From positions 62,001-126,000 of the forward strand of contig MCFE01000030.1 in assembly GCA_002104905.1 (NCBI GenBank): a DNA stretch of 64,000 bases. Reading direction: 5' to 3'. The notes below the pieces were generated by a model. That model did no database searches. It was not told the DNA's origin and saw nothing but the letters and a program-made list of their open reading frames with translations. This DNA is from Basidiobolus meristosporus CBS 931.73. Taxonomy: Eukaryota; Fungi; Basidiobolomycota. Numbering within the stretch: position 1 is the stretch's first letter; every line of letters starts with the position of its first letter. Shown here one piece after another: positions 24,725-35,340 of this stretch. Both the position numbers and the translations under genes were made by a program.

Positions 24725-26112
24725 TTTGGCGAAAGATGAGATGCTGTGTGATGAATGATGTGACTGATGCGTGGAGGAGGACGGCCCACTTTTAAAAAGA
24801 AGGCACTTGAGCGGACAATCCGAAAATACCCAATATATTTTTAGTACAATTTCTTGTGCTTGATGATCATTTGCATTGGGATATAATAGTATTCTGACCT
24901 ATCCATCAATGTCTTACAAATAACCGAATAGTGTGCTGAGTTAGATCGACAGATAGCCAATCCGTAGATGCTCTAGATAATAGCTCACCAATCAGCTCTA
25001 TTGTTTGAGGGCTAGGGACTTGAAGCTGAGCCATTGCGAGGGATTAGTTTGGTTACTCAGGAAGCTGATTGGGAGGTAGCCAGCTGCGAAGTGGCTGCAG
25101 CTAGAAGATGGACCAGGAGAAATGGTTGGGGACCATAGTCGTCACTGGGTAGAGGTAAATTATTTGAAGGATAACCAGTCTTAGGTACGATATGGAATGG
25201 TCACTGAGTAGCCTATTGATAATGACCAATCTGGTAGTTCATGCACATTCTGTCATGGGTCCTTCATTGTCATTGCCCCAAGCATGCAAATATGCTTGAG
25301 TATCTCGGCGTTGATAGAGACATGGAGAGCAATGCTTTGGATTTTCTTGTTGTCTACCTCTGCGAAGCCGCTGGGCGTTCCATCTATTGCGGCAAACACT
25401 GCCCACTTCCAATGAATGTACGCTTGGTTGTAGCGTTTAAGACGTCTAGATCGATGCCATACATTTCCAGATAGTACACTTGGACTTTCTTAATGCGAGT
25501 TGGTATGCGATCTAACATCGGACAGTATGATCCATGTTACTATCCGTACTACTCCTATGCCACCAAGACGATGAATCGCTAGCCAGCAGCACTAAAATGG
25601 TGGAAGGGAGGAGGGCGGTGCTAAAGGTACATAGGGATTCCCTGTGTAGAAAATTGTTTGATCTTGCATAGCCTAAGATGGTGGCAAGGATTCTCAGCTG
25701 ATGTTTCAGGTTGTTGTACAGTAGGGGCGGAGATATTGTGTGCGTTTGGTGATTATTCCGGTTTGGCCACTGGTCTACTTGGGCTGATTCGATTGCCTAG
25801 ACACCGTCTTCTGAGATGACCGTCAACAATAAAATAAACCAGTTCTGTCATCAGAGCAGGCTATAATTGGAATCCCGGATCACTGCAGAACTGGTCAGAT
25901 GGACGTATTCTCAATTATACAGTGGATGATCCGCTGCTCAGAGTACTTCATAGTGTACCAGATCTAGCACAGTCACCTAGCGACCACCCTGTAGCATAAT
26001 TAGATAATGGGCCGGCGGTCATGGTAATCATCCATATCGATTGCTTTCGGGTGGCTGAGGATGTAGACAGGCGCTTAAAATAGTTCACCAGGCGTATGGT
26101 ATACATCGTGCT

Positions 26113-26600
26113 TTGACCTCGATTCTTGGAGATGATTTCAATTGCTTCAAGGGGCTGGATGGAAAGGGGATATTGATGATCATTTTTGTGAATGCCTTTT
26201 TTCCAACTCCCAGCTCAAGTGGTTGCTGTAAACAGAGAAAGGGTGACATGGAAATCAAATCGGTTTCCCTTGCATTGCTTGCACCCATAGGCTTTTCTAA
26301 AACAGGTTTTCTTGATCATAACGGACAATGAATGAAGCAGTCATAATGATCCATCTGCAGGCGATGGTATTCAGGTGGTGGGCTTATTCCCGATACATGA
26401 GGTGGTCATGCCTCGAGATTAGCCATTAGAGAGCATGATCGACATCCGATACCCCAACATCAACCTGATATTGGGGACCTCCTGAAAGATTGCTGTTCTT
26501 GTCCCAAACCACCACGAACGCTTCCACACTTGGCAATGGACCTCAGCCCGGTTTTGATTACATGCAACTATTTATAAGTGCTGGCCCATGCCAACTTCTA
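26113..26600 (+). pseudogene. Possible relic of a non-LTR (LINE) apurinic endonuclease domain
   Basis: ILGDDFNC (26122-26145) resembles the GGDFN motif. HTWQWTSARF/DYM (26525-26564, one frameshift) resembles TW....SRIDY. Spacing is plausible; no RT found. Confidence 0.3.
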
Positions 26601-27218
26601 TATTTTCTGGGAAGCATGTGTGGTATGAGATAAGGTTCAAACATGGGCCCTATTCTGTTGCACAGCATCGGCCGAGATGAAAGTGGACTTCAAAAATACC
26701 AGATCAACCAGTTGGATGGGTTGCCAAGCTCTCAGCCGAGATTTGTACGAGTGCGAAGTGGGGACCTGGCTGACCTTCGGGACTGCTCATATTCACCACT
26801 GATGTGATTGGCCAGGGTATTTTATTATTAGTAGCTACGGAAAGCAGGCCCATGGTCTCTACAGGTTATCCCGGGATTTTGTTTCACAGCTTTTTGACTA
26901 TATTTGGCAACGATGTGCCTGATGTTGCTCCGATGATAGTCGTATCCTTGATCGTGTCTTGACCGATCGTACTTGCATTTGGAACCAGATCTACTATGGC
27001 TGGTAGGAGCTTGAAGTAATCAGAGTACGAATGTTCATGGATAGATTGGTGTAGTGCAAGAACCTGTGATAGACAGTATCCTCTATGTCGACTGCTGTCC
27101 TAATGACTGAGAAGCCATGTCTGCGTTGCGTAAGACCCCCAGCTTCGCTCACGGCGCTTTGTACGATCTTGACAGTCACTAGCTTCTAGCAGCGACTTTC
27201 AGTTCCAATCCCCGCAAC

Positions 27219-28148
27219 TTAGTCAAATTTATGAGTGGTGGTCGTTTCCATTGCAAGCGGTGTTGATGGCCGTTGTGGTAGTGGTCTAGTCCAAGTAATG
27301 GAATACGTCCAAATAATGCCGATACTGGAGATGGCCACCAGTAGCATGTTCCAGAAAAACCCGATTATATCGGTGGCGCAACCGATCCCTGGAACTCCGG
27401 GTTGTGTATTTCGTAGAGCTGGCAGGGAGAAGAGCATAGAGACACCAAGAGCTATCACGGGGGGTTGAATCTCTCGCCTTAGGAACACAATCTGAAATGC
27501 CACAGTGCCGAGTCCGAGAGACAGGGCCCACATCAGAATCACCACACAAATGCTAAAGCCTTTGGTAGTGGCGGATCTTGTCATAAGGAAACTTAACTCG
27601 TTCATATCGCTGTCGAAGTTGGAATAGATCTCGAAATTCTGCGCACTGGTATAAACGAAGCATGACACCGGGACAAGGTCATCGTCAAGAGTTCCTGGCG
27701 TTGTGATATACAACAGGATCTTCGCTTCGTAAACATCGAACGGGTAGTTCTGGCGATCACCACTCACAAATGGTATGGATAGTTCACCACTTGGTAGTAG
27801 GAAGGAGCTATTCTGCGGGAAATTAAAGACTTTGTACAGGAAATTAACCGAGATGGATTGATTCAACTTGGATCCACCTTGAGTTATCAGGTTTCCGTAG
27901 GGGAAAAAATCCACGTTGAGCTGTGACTTCAAATTGATCGTGTCCACGGACGTGATGGTGATGGAAAGATCCAGGCGCGTAGCGTTGGTAGACCCATACT
28001 CTGTGGAGTCGTACTTTGGCTCTTTCCGCATGTAAACGACGAAAATCGGTATGACCAGCACGCATAGAAAAAGGGTCGCTATCCCAGCATAGACCAGGCG
28101 GCGGAAGAATAGGTTAGGAATCGTTTCCCGGAGATCACGCCGAAGCAT
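27219..28148 (-). CDS. DUF4436-family membrane protein, paralog B (intronless, 309 aa)
   Basis: Collinear and visibly highly similar to paralog A (RRLVYAGxAT, EYGSxN, NFLYKVF, NYPFDVYEA, TKGFSICV, LPALRNTQPG). Confidence 0.8.
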   Translation of the reverse strand: MLRRDLRETIPNLFFRRLVYAGIATLFLCVLVIPIFVVYMRKEPKYDSTEYGSTNATRLDLSITITSVDTINLKSQLNVDFFPYGNLITQGGSKLNQSISVNFLYKVFNFPQNSSFLLPSGELSIPFVSGDRQNYPFDVYEAKILLYITTPGTLDDDLVPVSCFVYTSAQNFEIYSNFDSDMNELSFLMTRSATTKGFSICVVILMWALSLGLGTVAFQIVFLRREIQPPVIALGVSMLFSLPALRNTQPGVPGIGCATDIIGFFWNMLLVAISSIGIIWTYSITWTRPLPQRPSTPLAMETTTTHKFD

Positions 28149-28750
28149 TCTAGTGAAAAAGTGGAGTTGGGGAAGTGAAAATCGTCGAGTCTCCTTTTAA
28201 AGGAAATCCTAGAGGCCGAGTCAAGATGTGTTTTATTTATAGGGGATGCAGCGATCCTTCCAAAAATTCTATCAACCACTTATATTGCTACCATATTAGC
28301 AAATGATGGGTATCCCACGCCCAGCTCCAAGTATGAATGAAAACACACGCATAGTCCCGATGGCAATGCCAATTTGCTAATGGCTCCAATGTCCAGTTGG
28401 CTTCTTCCAAAGCCGATTGGGGATGGGCTCACTGTGAAGATGATTGGAGCGTATGCTGGGAGTATGGCAGAGAACCGCCCATGGTCTGCCCGATAGCTTT
28501 CAGGCGGCCTACAAAGATGCTAGGTAGGGAGGGGCTTCTATGAAAAGCCGATTAATAACTAGACTCACGTATTGGCTATTAATGGGCTTGACCGTGATCC
28601 ATAATGATGTTCTGGGATAATTCAAAGATAAAAGGGTCCCTCCTGAATCATTGTCATTGAAGCTATAAATATGTATTTGCATTTAAGAATTTGAGACTTG
28701 GAAAGAAAAAGCAATGGGTATGGAAGCCATTCCTGATTACATTTTGTTGT

Positions 28751-29590
28751 CTATGTAGGCGAGCCTAGCTTAGCTACAAGTTTCTCCACCTCCTGTTTTA
28801 GCCGAATATTTTCGTTTTCGAGCCTTTGAGCTTTGTCCTCAAGCTCGGTGACATACGCCTTTTTCTTTTTCCGACATTCTTTGGCGGCTAGCCGGTTTCG
28901 CATCAGTCGGCGTTGCTTTCGCTCATCGCTTGAAAGGCCTCTCGACGAGCTACCGAGACCTGAGGCCGGGTTTATCTCTTCGGTGGATGATTCAAGTAAG
29001 GTTGAACCGCCTGGCTCACCGTTGGATTCCTGCCCCAGCATAGGTATTGGCCTTGGCAGGGACACAGTGGGGGTGGTGTTTGTAAGCATGGGGTTGGGAA
29101 GAGACACGGTGGTAGAAGCTGCGGAAGGTAGGGAGGAGGTCATGTTAGCCATGCTTGGGAATAGAGAGATTTGAGAGAGAGCTGGAGGTGGGTGAGGCTG
29201 TGTGAGCGTATCTGGGGATGGAAGGTGCCGATATCTAGATTGCCCGTGAAAGGATTGGGAATTGATATCGTAGGAGCGTTGTTCCGATTTAATAGGCGAC
29301 ACGCCAGGGACATTGGCTAAAGGATGCGATGATGGTGTTTGTGCCATTATTGATACTAGGGGAGGGGATGAGTGTAAAGGAGGAGAGTCCTGGAGGGATT
29401 GGGAGTAAATACTGGGGGATGCAGGGTTCCCAATCTTTGAGGCAGGGTGCTTTCTTCTTCGTGAAGCCACCCTGCGGTGATAAGTATCGGTGCTGGATGG
29501 TTGGTTCATGTGCGGCTTGTCCTCTTGAGGGTCGGGAGAAGACTGAGAGGGGGGATACGTAGCTTGAATGGATGGTAGCTGCTCGGTCAT
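28751..29590 (-). CDS. bZIP transcription factor, CREB/ATF1-like
   Basis: C-terminal RKQRRLMRNRLAAKECRKKKKAYVTELEDKAQRLENENIRLKQEVEKL closely follows the CREB basic region and zipper. Ser/Pro-rich N-terminus. Confidence 0.85.
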   Translation of the reverse strand: MTEQLPSIQATYPPSQSSPDPQEDKPHMNQPSSTDTYHRRVASRRRKHPASKIGNPASPSIYSQSLQDSPPLHSSPPLVSIMAQTPSSHPLANVPGVSPIKSEQRSYDINSQSFHGQSRYRHLPSPDTLTQPHPPPALSQISLFPSMANMTSSLPSAASTTVSLPNPMLTNTTPTVSLPRPIPMLGQESNGEPGGSTLLESSTEEINPASGLGSSSRGLSSDERKQRRLMRNRLAAKECRKKKKAYVTELEDKAQRLENENIRLKQEVEKLVAKLGSPT

Positions 29591-29973
29591 TCTAGGGATA
29601 AATACAACGATGCGACCTGGGGCGTCTTACTAGAGGAAGAGATGTTGAGTACTATAATGATTACCATGAATATCAGGCAATACACCTAGAAATAGACCGT
29701 TTATTCGCAACCAAAACAGACCTCAGATAAAATTACAAATATAGTGATTAAGGGTGTATCCGGCGGTGTCTCAACGAAATGGAAAATGAAGCAAAAGCAA
29801 GCAAAGGGATTAATGGAGGGTTAAAAGAACAGTGCGATGCGCACTCGTAGTTGGAGGCGATAGATTAACCATCAAGATTGATGGAAGCCGAGGTTTATGG
29901 GTTTGCTGGTCGATGTGTACACATGTGTAGACAAGGTTGAGAGAGGCCAAACATTCCATTTGAGGCATGCTAA

Positions 29974-30265
29974 TGACGTCAACCGAGTGCTCGCAAAAGG
30001 AGATAATTAAAGAGGGAGAGCAAATTAAATCCAGGCAGTGATAGCCAGAAAGTCATCATTTGGTAAAGCATATAACGTCATCTAGACTGACGACACCGGC
30101 TTGTGTGCTTGAGCGCTGCAATTGAGACCTTCCGTATGTTCACACCAGTTCTTTGCCTTTCTACACTGCATAGAGCATCTACATGTTTCTATTCGTAAAC
30201 CATCGAATGTGGATGAGTCATCTTAGCGTACAAAAGTCAGCGCCCTTCGAGTGAACGTGACGTCA
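29974..30265. promoter_or_regulatory. Two perfect CRE palindromes (TGACGTCA) upstream of the CREB-like gene
   Basis: TGACGTCA at 29974-29981 and 30258-30265, about 0.4 and 0.7 kb upstream of ATG 29590. Confidence 0.5.
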
Positions 30266-31374
30266 TAATCTACGTTGCCGTGAGAAGCTACGCTGCTCAT
30301 CAATGCATTGTTGCTGCTGTTGGTGATCCATATAGTTGAAGGATTCGAATGGTTCTTATCGAATAATAAGAGGCACAATCATCACTCAAACAGCGTATCC
30401 AATGAATTCGGCTCAAAGTCATACACTTGCCCCTACTCACACAATTGGTGAGATCTGAAAACAACCTGCGGATACATATGATGAGGCCTAGCTTTATCGA
30501 TGGTTGCATTACAGCATAATAGCATATAGCGACTCCCAAGCATTAGCATGGTGAAGTTAGGGTGGCAAGCATGAAGCAACATCACAGAGCAAGTCAAGGC
30601 TACTGAGCACCCTTTTGAAGCCTGCTTCAAGCCTACTACATCTGAGCAGAACCCGTGGCCATTTCGTCAGTATGTGTAGCCCCAAGCGGTGTCATGATCC
30701 GATAGAAATAGCAGTCATTGCCTAATGATTACGATAAAAAAGCAGGATGTACTCCATACCCGAAATAATTCTTCTGAGACGTCATATTACAGGATGGCCG
30801 TTTGAGCACACTTGGTGATATTTTATTTGAACACCAAGCCCATGCATAAGGCCACTTCTCCATCATTTCATCAACTGCATGAAGTCTTTGATCATATGTA
30901 TACAGGTCGGTCGCCATACACCCTAGTGGCTTATTCATCTTTCATCTCATCACATTGTCGTTCAGCAGCGATGCGTTCTACACAATCGAATACTATGTGT
31001 GATTGATGCTTGTCTCAGGTCTTGGAGTATGAGATGGTGGCGATATCACTAGCCCAGCCTATATTGAATCACTAGCATATCCAGACTATTCCTCGTGATC
31101 AGTAAATTGAATTTCTAAAAGAAATCATTAAACCATTGTTGCCCATGTAGCAAACCAGTCTTCGAAGCTAATCGTGGGTTTACGATCGAGGATGGAACAT
31201 TACCGTCATCATTGAAATCGCGTTTAATTATAGAGGGGATTCAGGTATGGTGTGGTCAAATATTGATCTGGTTACGAATGCGTGCTGCCAAAAAGACATG
31301 GTTTAGAAATATGTAGGAGATTGTCATTTAGAATAGAGGCTATGTAGATGAATTGGGGGTGGAGGTCACATGAT

Positions 31375-32976
31375 CTAGAATAGAAAATTGAGGATGCTCT
31401 TGAAGAAGCCACGAACTCCCCGAGTCACTTTGGCCGAGTCCATGAGATCCTCTGCAGTGTCGTAATATCTATCGGTCTCAATATCCATCTCTTCATACTT
31501 AACAACCTTGGTGCCTTGGGAGAATTTCCATCCCAGCCACATGATTGCCATCAGTGGGATCTGGATATAGTACGAGAGGAACGATACAAAATCGAATCCT
31601 CCAGTGGGCGAGGACTTGAATGAGCTCCACCCTTGGACGAGAACCAATACGGAGTTGGCAACGATAACAAATATGGGTCCATATGGATATAATGGGTTCT
31701 TGAAGGGCAAATCATTGGGATCCTTGCCCTGGATTTCATAGGCTTTACGGAATCTATAGGAAGTCAGGCCGATAGCAATCCAACTGATTTGGTTAGATAC
31801 ACCCACTAGGTTTTGTAACCAAGACCAAAGCGCGCCACTGCCTACGTACGAAGAGGCAAAACAAACACAGGAGATGGCAGAGGTCGCGAGCAACGAGTAA
31901 ATGGGCACTCGATTTTTGGTAAGCCTGGTGAATATCTTCGGCGCATGGCCATGCTCACCCAATGTGTGGAGTAGGCGAGTGCCTGCGAATAGGGCGTGAT
32001 TTCCTGCAGAGATCACAGAGGTGAGAACCACTGCATTGATGAAAGATGGCGCCACTTCGAATCCGGTCATCTTGAAGACAAGAGTGAACGGAGAGTATCT
32101 TGCGTTTTTCTGGGACAGATTGGGCTCGTTGTATGGCACATCGATACCAATGACAAAAATGCTCATAATGTAGAAGATGAGAATTCTCCAGAACACATTG
32201 CGAATAACGCGAGGGACATTTTTTCTGGGATTCTTGGTTTCGCCAGCCGTGATACCAATGGACTCTGTGCCACCATAGGCAAATGCTGCCGTAACGAAGA
32301 CCGACACGAATCCGCCAAACCCACCAACAAATGGTGCGTCCAGAAGTTTCCAGTACTGAAAACCGATGTACCCATGGCCACGATTCGCTCCCAGGTTTAC
32401 ACATATACCGACGACGATGAAGATAATGATGGTGATAACCTTGAGCAACGATAACCAATACTCTATCTCACCATAGGCCTTGACATCGATGGCGTTTATG
32501 ATGACCAGGAAAACCAGGAATATGAGCGAAAGTGCCCATCCAGGAAAATCCGTATCCCAATAACTGAATATCATCTGCGCAGCTGTGAGGTCAGAAGCCA
32601 CACTCACAGCATCGTTGAACCAATAATTCCATGTCAGAGCAAATCCTAAGCCTTCATCCACAAAGCGGTTCGCATATGTATTGAAGGATCCGGCAATAGG
32701 GATATAGGTAGACATCTCGCCCAATGATAGCATCGTAAAATAAACGATCACACCAACAATAGCATAGGCGATCAACATGCTTGCAGGACCACCCGTGGTT
32801 AAGGATTTACCAGTGCCTAGGAAGAGACCAGTCCCGATGGTGCCACCTATGGCAATCATTTGGATTTGTCTTGCGGTGAGCGCACGCTTCAAAGTGTCTT
32901 TACGCTTGTGCTCAACATCCTCAATGCTTTTTCCGAGAGAGTGATACTTTTCGGCATCATCGCCTTGCGAAGGCAC
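31375..32976 (-). CDS. Amino-acid permease (APC superfamily, yeast amino acid transporter family), intronless, 533 aa
   Basis: LKRALTARQIQMIAIGGTIGTGLFLG, GEIEYWLSLLKV, AFAYGGTESIGITAGE, FWRILIFY, SPF; about 12 TM segments. Confidence 0.93.
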   Translation of the reverse strand: MPSQGDDAEKYHSLGKSIEDVEHKRKDTLKRALTARQIQMIAIGGTIGTGLFLGTGKSLTTGGPASMLIAYAIVGVIVYFTMLSLGEMSTYIPIAGSFNTYANRFVDEGLGFALTWNYWFNDAVSVASDLTAAQMIFSYWDTDFPGWALSLIFLVFLVIINAIDVKAYGEIEYWLSLLKVITIIIFIVVGICVNLGANRGHGYIGFQYWKLLDAPFVGGFGGFVSVFVTAAFAYGGTESIGITAGETKNPRKNVPRVIRNVFWRILIFYIMSIFVIGIDVPYNEPNLSQKNARYSPFTLVFKMTGFEVAPSFINAVVLTSVISAGNHALFAGTRLLHTLGEHGHAPKIFTRLTKNRVPIYSLLATSAISCVCFASSYVGSGALWSWLQNLVGVSNQISWIAIGLTSYRFRKAYEIQGKDPNDLPFKNPLYPYGPIFVIVANSVLVLVQGWSSFKSSPTGGFDFVSFLSYYIQIPLMAIMWLGWKFSQGTKVVKYEEMDIETDRYYDTAEDLMDSAKVTRGVRGFFKSILNFLF

Positions 32977-34522
32977 CTTATCCTCCCGACAATGTTAGCT
33001 TCTGAGGAAAAATCGAAAAGAAATCGGTGTTATACGAACTGTATTGACCATTGGTTATTCCGACAAGAAAGAGAAACGCGCTACAGGGTAGTGGAGTGGA
33101 AATTTCCTCCAAGTGAGAGCGAAACCGGGAGTTATGGTTTGTGGTGATTGCTCATTGTTCAGCTTAACTTTATATACAGAGTTCAAGACCAACTCCGAAT
33201 TTTCACTACAAAAATACGCAATCGTATTGTACCACTAAGATGGTACATGGGTCTCATTGGCGACCAACTCCTTACAAAACATCAATAAATCTCCAAGTGA
33301 TACCCTTTCCGTAAGAACTATTACTGGTATCTGGAGAGGGATTATCATTTCTACTTGTGGGTATTAGAACATCAATCCACATGTCCAGTGATGTCGCCAT
33401 CCTCATTAGAAGTTAGGCTATTAGATCGATATAGGATTATTAGATGGAAATGAAATTGCTTGTTGAAGTCAACTTTGAACAGAAACCCAATTTCCTGGCG
33501 AAAGGCCGTATACAATTGTGTGACACGATTCCCATGCTTGTGGACGGTGTGAATTGATGAGTTTGGTGGTATAGCTATTGTATTAGGAATGTAGTCACAC
33601 CCACCGTCACACCGTTGGCAGCTTAAACTTTAAGTTCCAAGAATTGGATATGATCGAGTGTTCCAATTATGAGAAAACGCTTGGTGACTCTGGAATTATG
33701 ATTCGTTACTACGTATTAGACGAACGCAGCTCATATCCATGCTCAATGGTGGAAGCTACACCAACTTTCCTTTAATTTGGATTAGCTGCGTTCCCGTTTC
33801 CCCCAAAATCGACATGGTCACTATATTAGGAAAGTTTCGCTGGTTGTTGAAGATTGTCCGGATCAGCCGAGAGGCCGATCCAGTATGTATTTCGGTCAGT
33901 ATTTCGGCACCGCCTCACCAGAGTCTACAAGGTGTTGGTTTGTCTTGGATGGATAATTCGAGAACATCGAATCTGGAATGCAAGGCTATTTATTGACAAT
34001 CAGGTTCACTATGCATTCCAAGACTTGCAAGCAGTCGCTGATGGTATTCCGGATGCAAAACCAGCCATTTCATGGGCTAGATTCAATCCATATTGCGAAA
34101 CAATGTCTTTAGGAGTATCTTGTATGAGCTTCTGGGCAAACAGATAGCTTGCATACATCCGAGCTCTGAAAAAAGCATATATTCTAGCCCCGTGTGCGGC
34201 GACGTAAGCTCTGATATATAATGCATACAGAGAATGTCCAGAAGTTTAACCCCTAGTTCCAGTTCAGCAGAGTCTTTGCAGGCAGCTATAACAAACCAAG
34301 AAGTTTCCTCTATCAAAACGCAATTCCTCTCATTTGTGATGCCAATTGCGGTGACAGCTGGAGTGCTATATTTCCTATCCCCCTCAGGTACCCACCAGCC
34401 AGTACTTGAGATATTGAGAGTTGTCATTTTTGAGAAACTTGAAAATCAGCAGACATTATGATGGTATTCTGCTAGCCTTTTCTCATTTTTTTTAGGGTGA
34501 ATTTAAATCCTGTGATCAATGT

Positions 34523-34855
34523 TGTATGAGTCTTGGGGATATTGGAAGTGATTGGGAGAACAAGTAAAATATGCGGTTTTCACTTAATGATCTATCAAAT
34601 GTAAATGTAGTAGTTATACTTTTACATGGTCTTGGCATAAAGGACACATAGAATAGGTTTAGGAAGGTCTCAAGAACATGTGTGCAAAGCTTGGGGCTGT
34701 TTGGACAACCTTGAGAATTCTCATGTACTATGTACCTGATATTTTGGTGAAAGTATTCTAAGTAAATCCCAACAAGGAATTTGGTCAGTATTCTCTAGGA
34801 TCTGAAGGTAACAATCTAAGTGACTAATTTAGGTGAATATTTAGGTGGAATTACA
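34523..34855 (-). repeat. Copia-family LTR copy (~333 bp)
   Basis: Reverse complement of 38133-38465; shares the TGTAATTCCACC start and the …CTC(A/T)TACA end. Confidence 0.65.
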
Positions 34856-35340
34856 AACTTTTACCACACCTTCTCCAACTGCATCAAGTGTTCTATCATC
34901 ACCCATAAAAGCCTTCTTTTTGCATTAGCATTTCTTGATATGGGCTAAAAGTTCTTTTTGGTGTGTACAGTGTTGAGAGGCTCCAGAGTTAATATACCAT
35001 GTCTGAGAAACCTTGTTTGTGGTCATATGCAGTGCAGATACAAATAGTCTATCTTCAGTTGTTGCAGTATTTCCATATTTATGCTTTTTCTGCTGACTAT
35101 CTCTCTTTTGAGGTATCAGTCAGATGTGTGTCCTTTTCTTTGAAGTAGTTGCAAAACAGTTTACTGATTCCTTTAAAGGGTCTTGAGTACCTCTTTTGTT
35201 GGTCATCATTGCTTATTAAAGCATATTCTTCTTCCTTATTATTTGCACTTGATTTGCTTAGTTCTTTATCCAGGAGCCTTCCATATACATCACTAAAGGT
35301 TAAATTTTCAGTACTGGACTCTAAGGCTGATACAGGTGCC
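34856..35340 (-). mobile_element. Ty1/copia gag zinc-knuckle/protease fragment (degenerate)
   Basis: Minus strand reads QTWYINSGASQHCTH and FMGDDRTLDAVGEGVVKV. Confidence 0.7.

Noticed and set aside
28833-29562. Plus-strand ORFs overlapping the bZIP gene, and similar antisense ORFs over ALDH, RAD2, the permease and DUF4436 genes
   Set aside because: Antisense shadows of well-supported genes.
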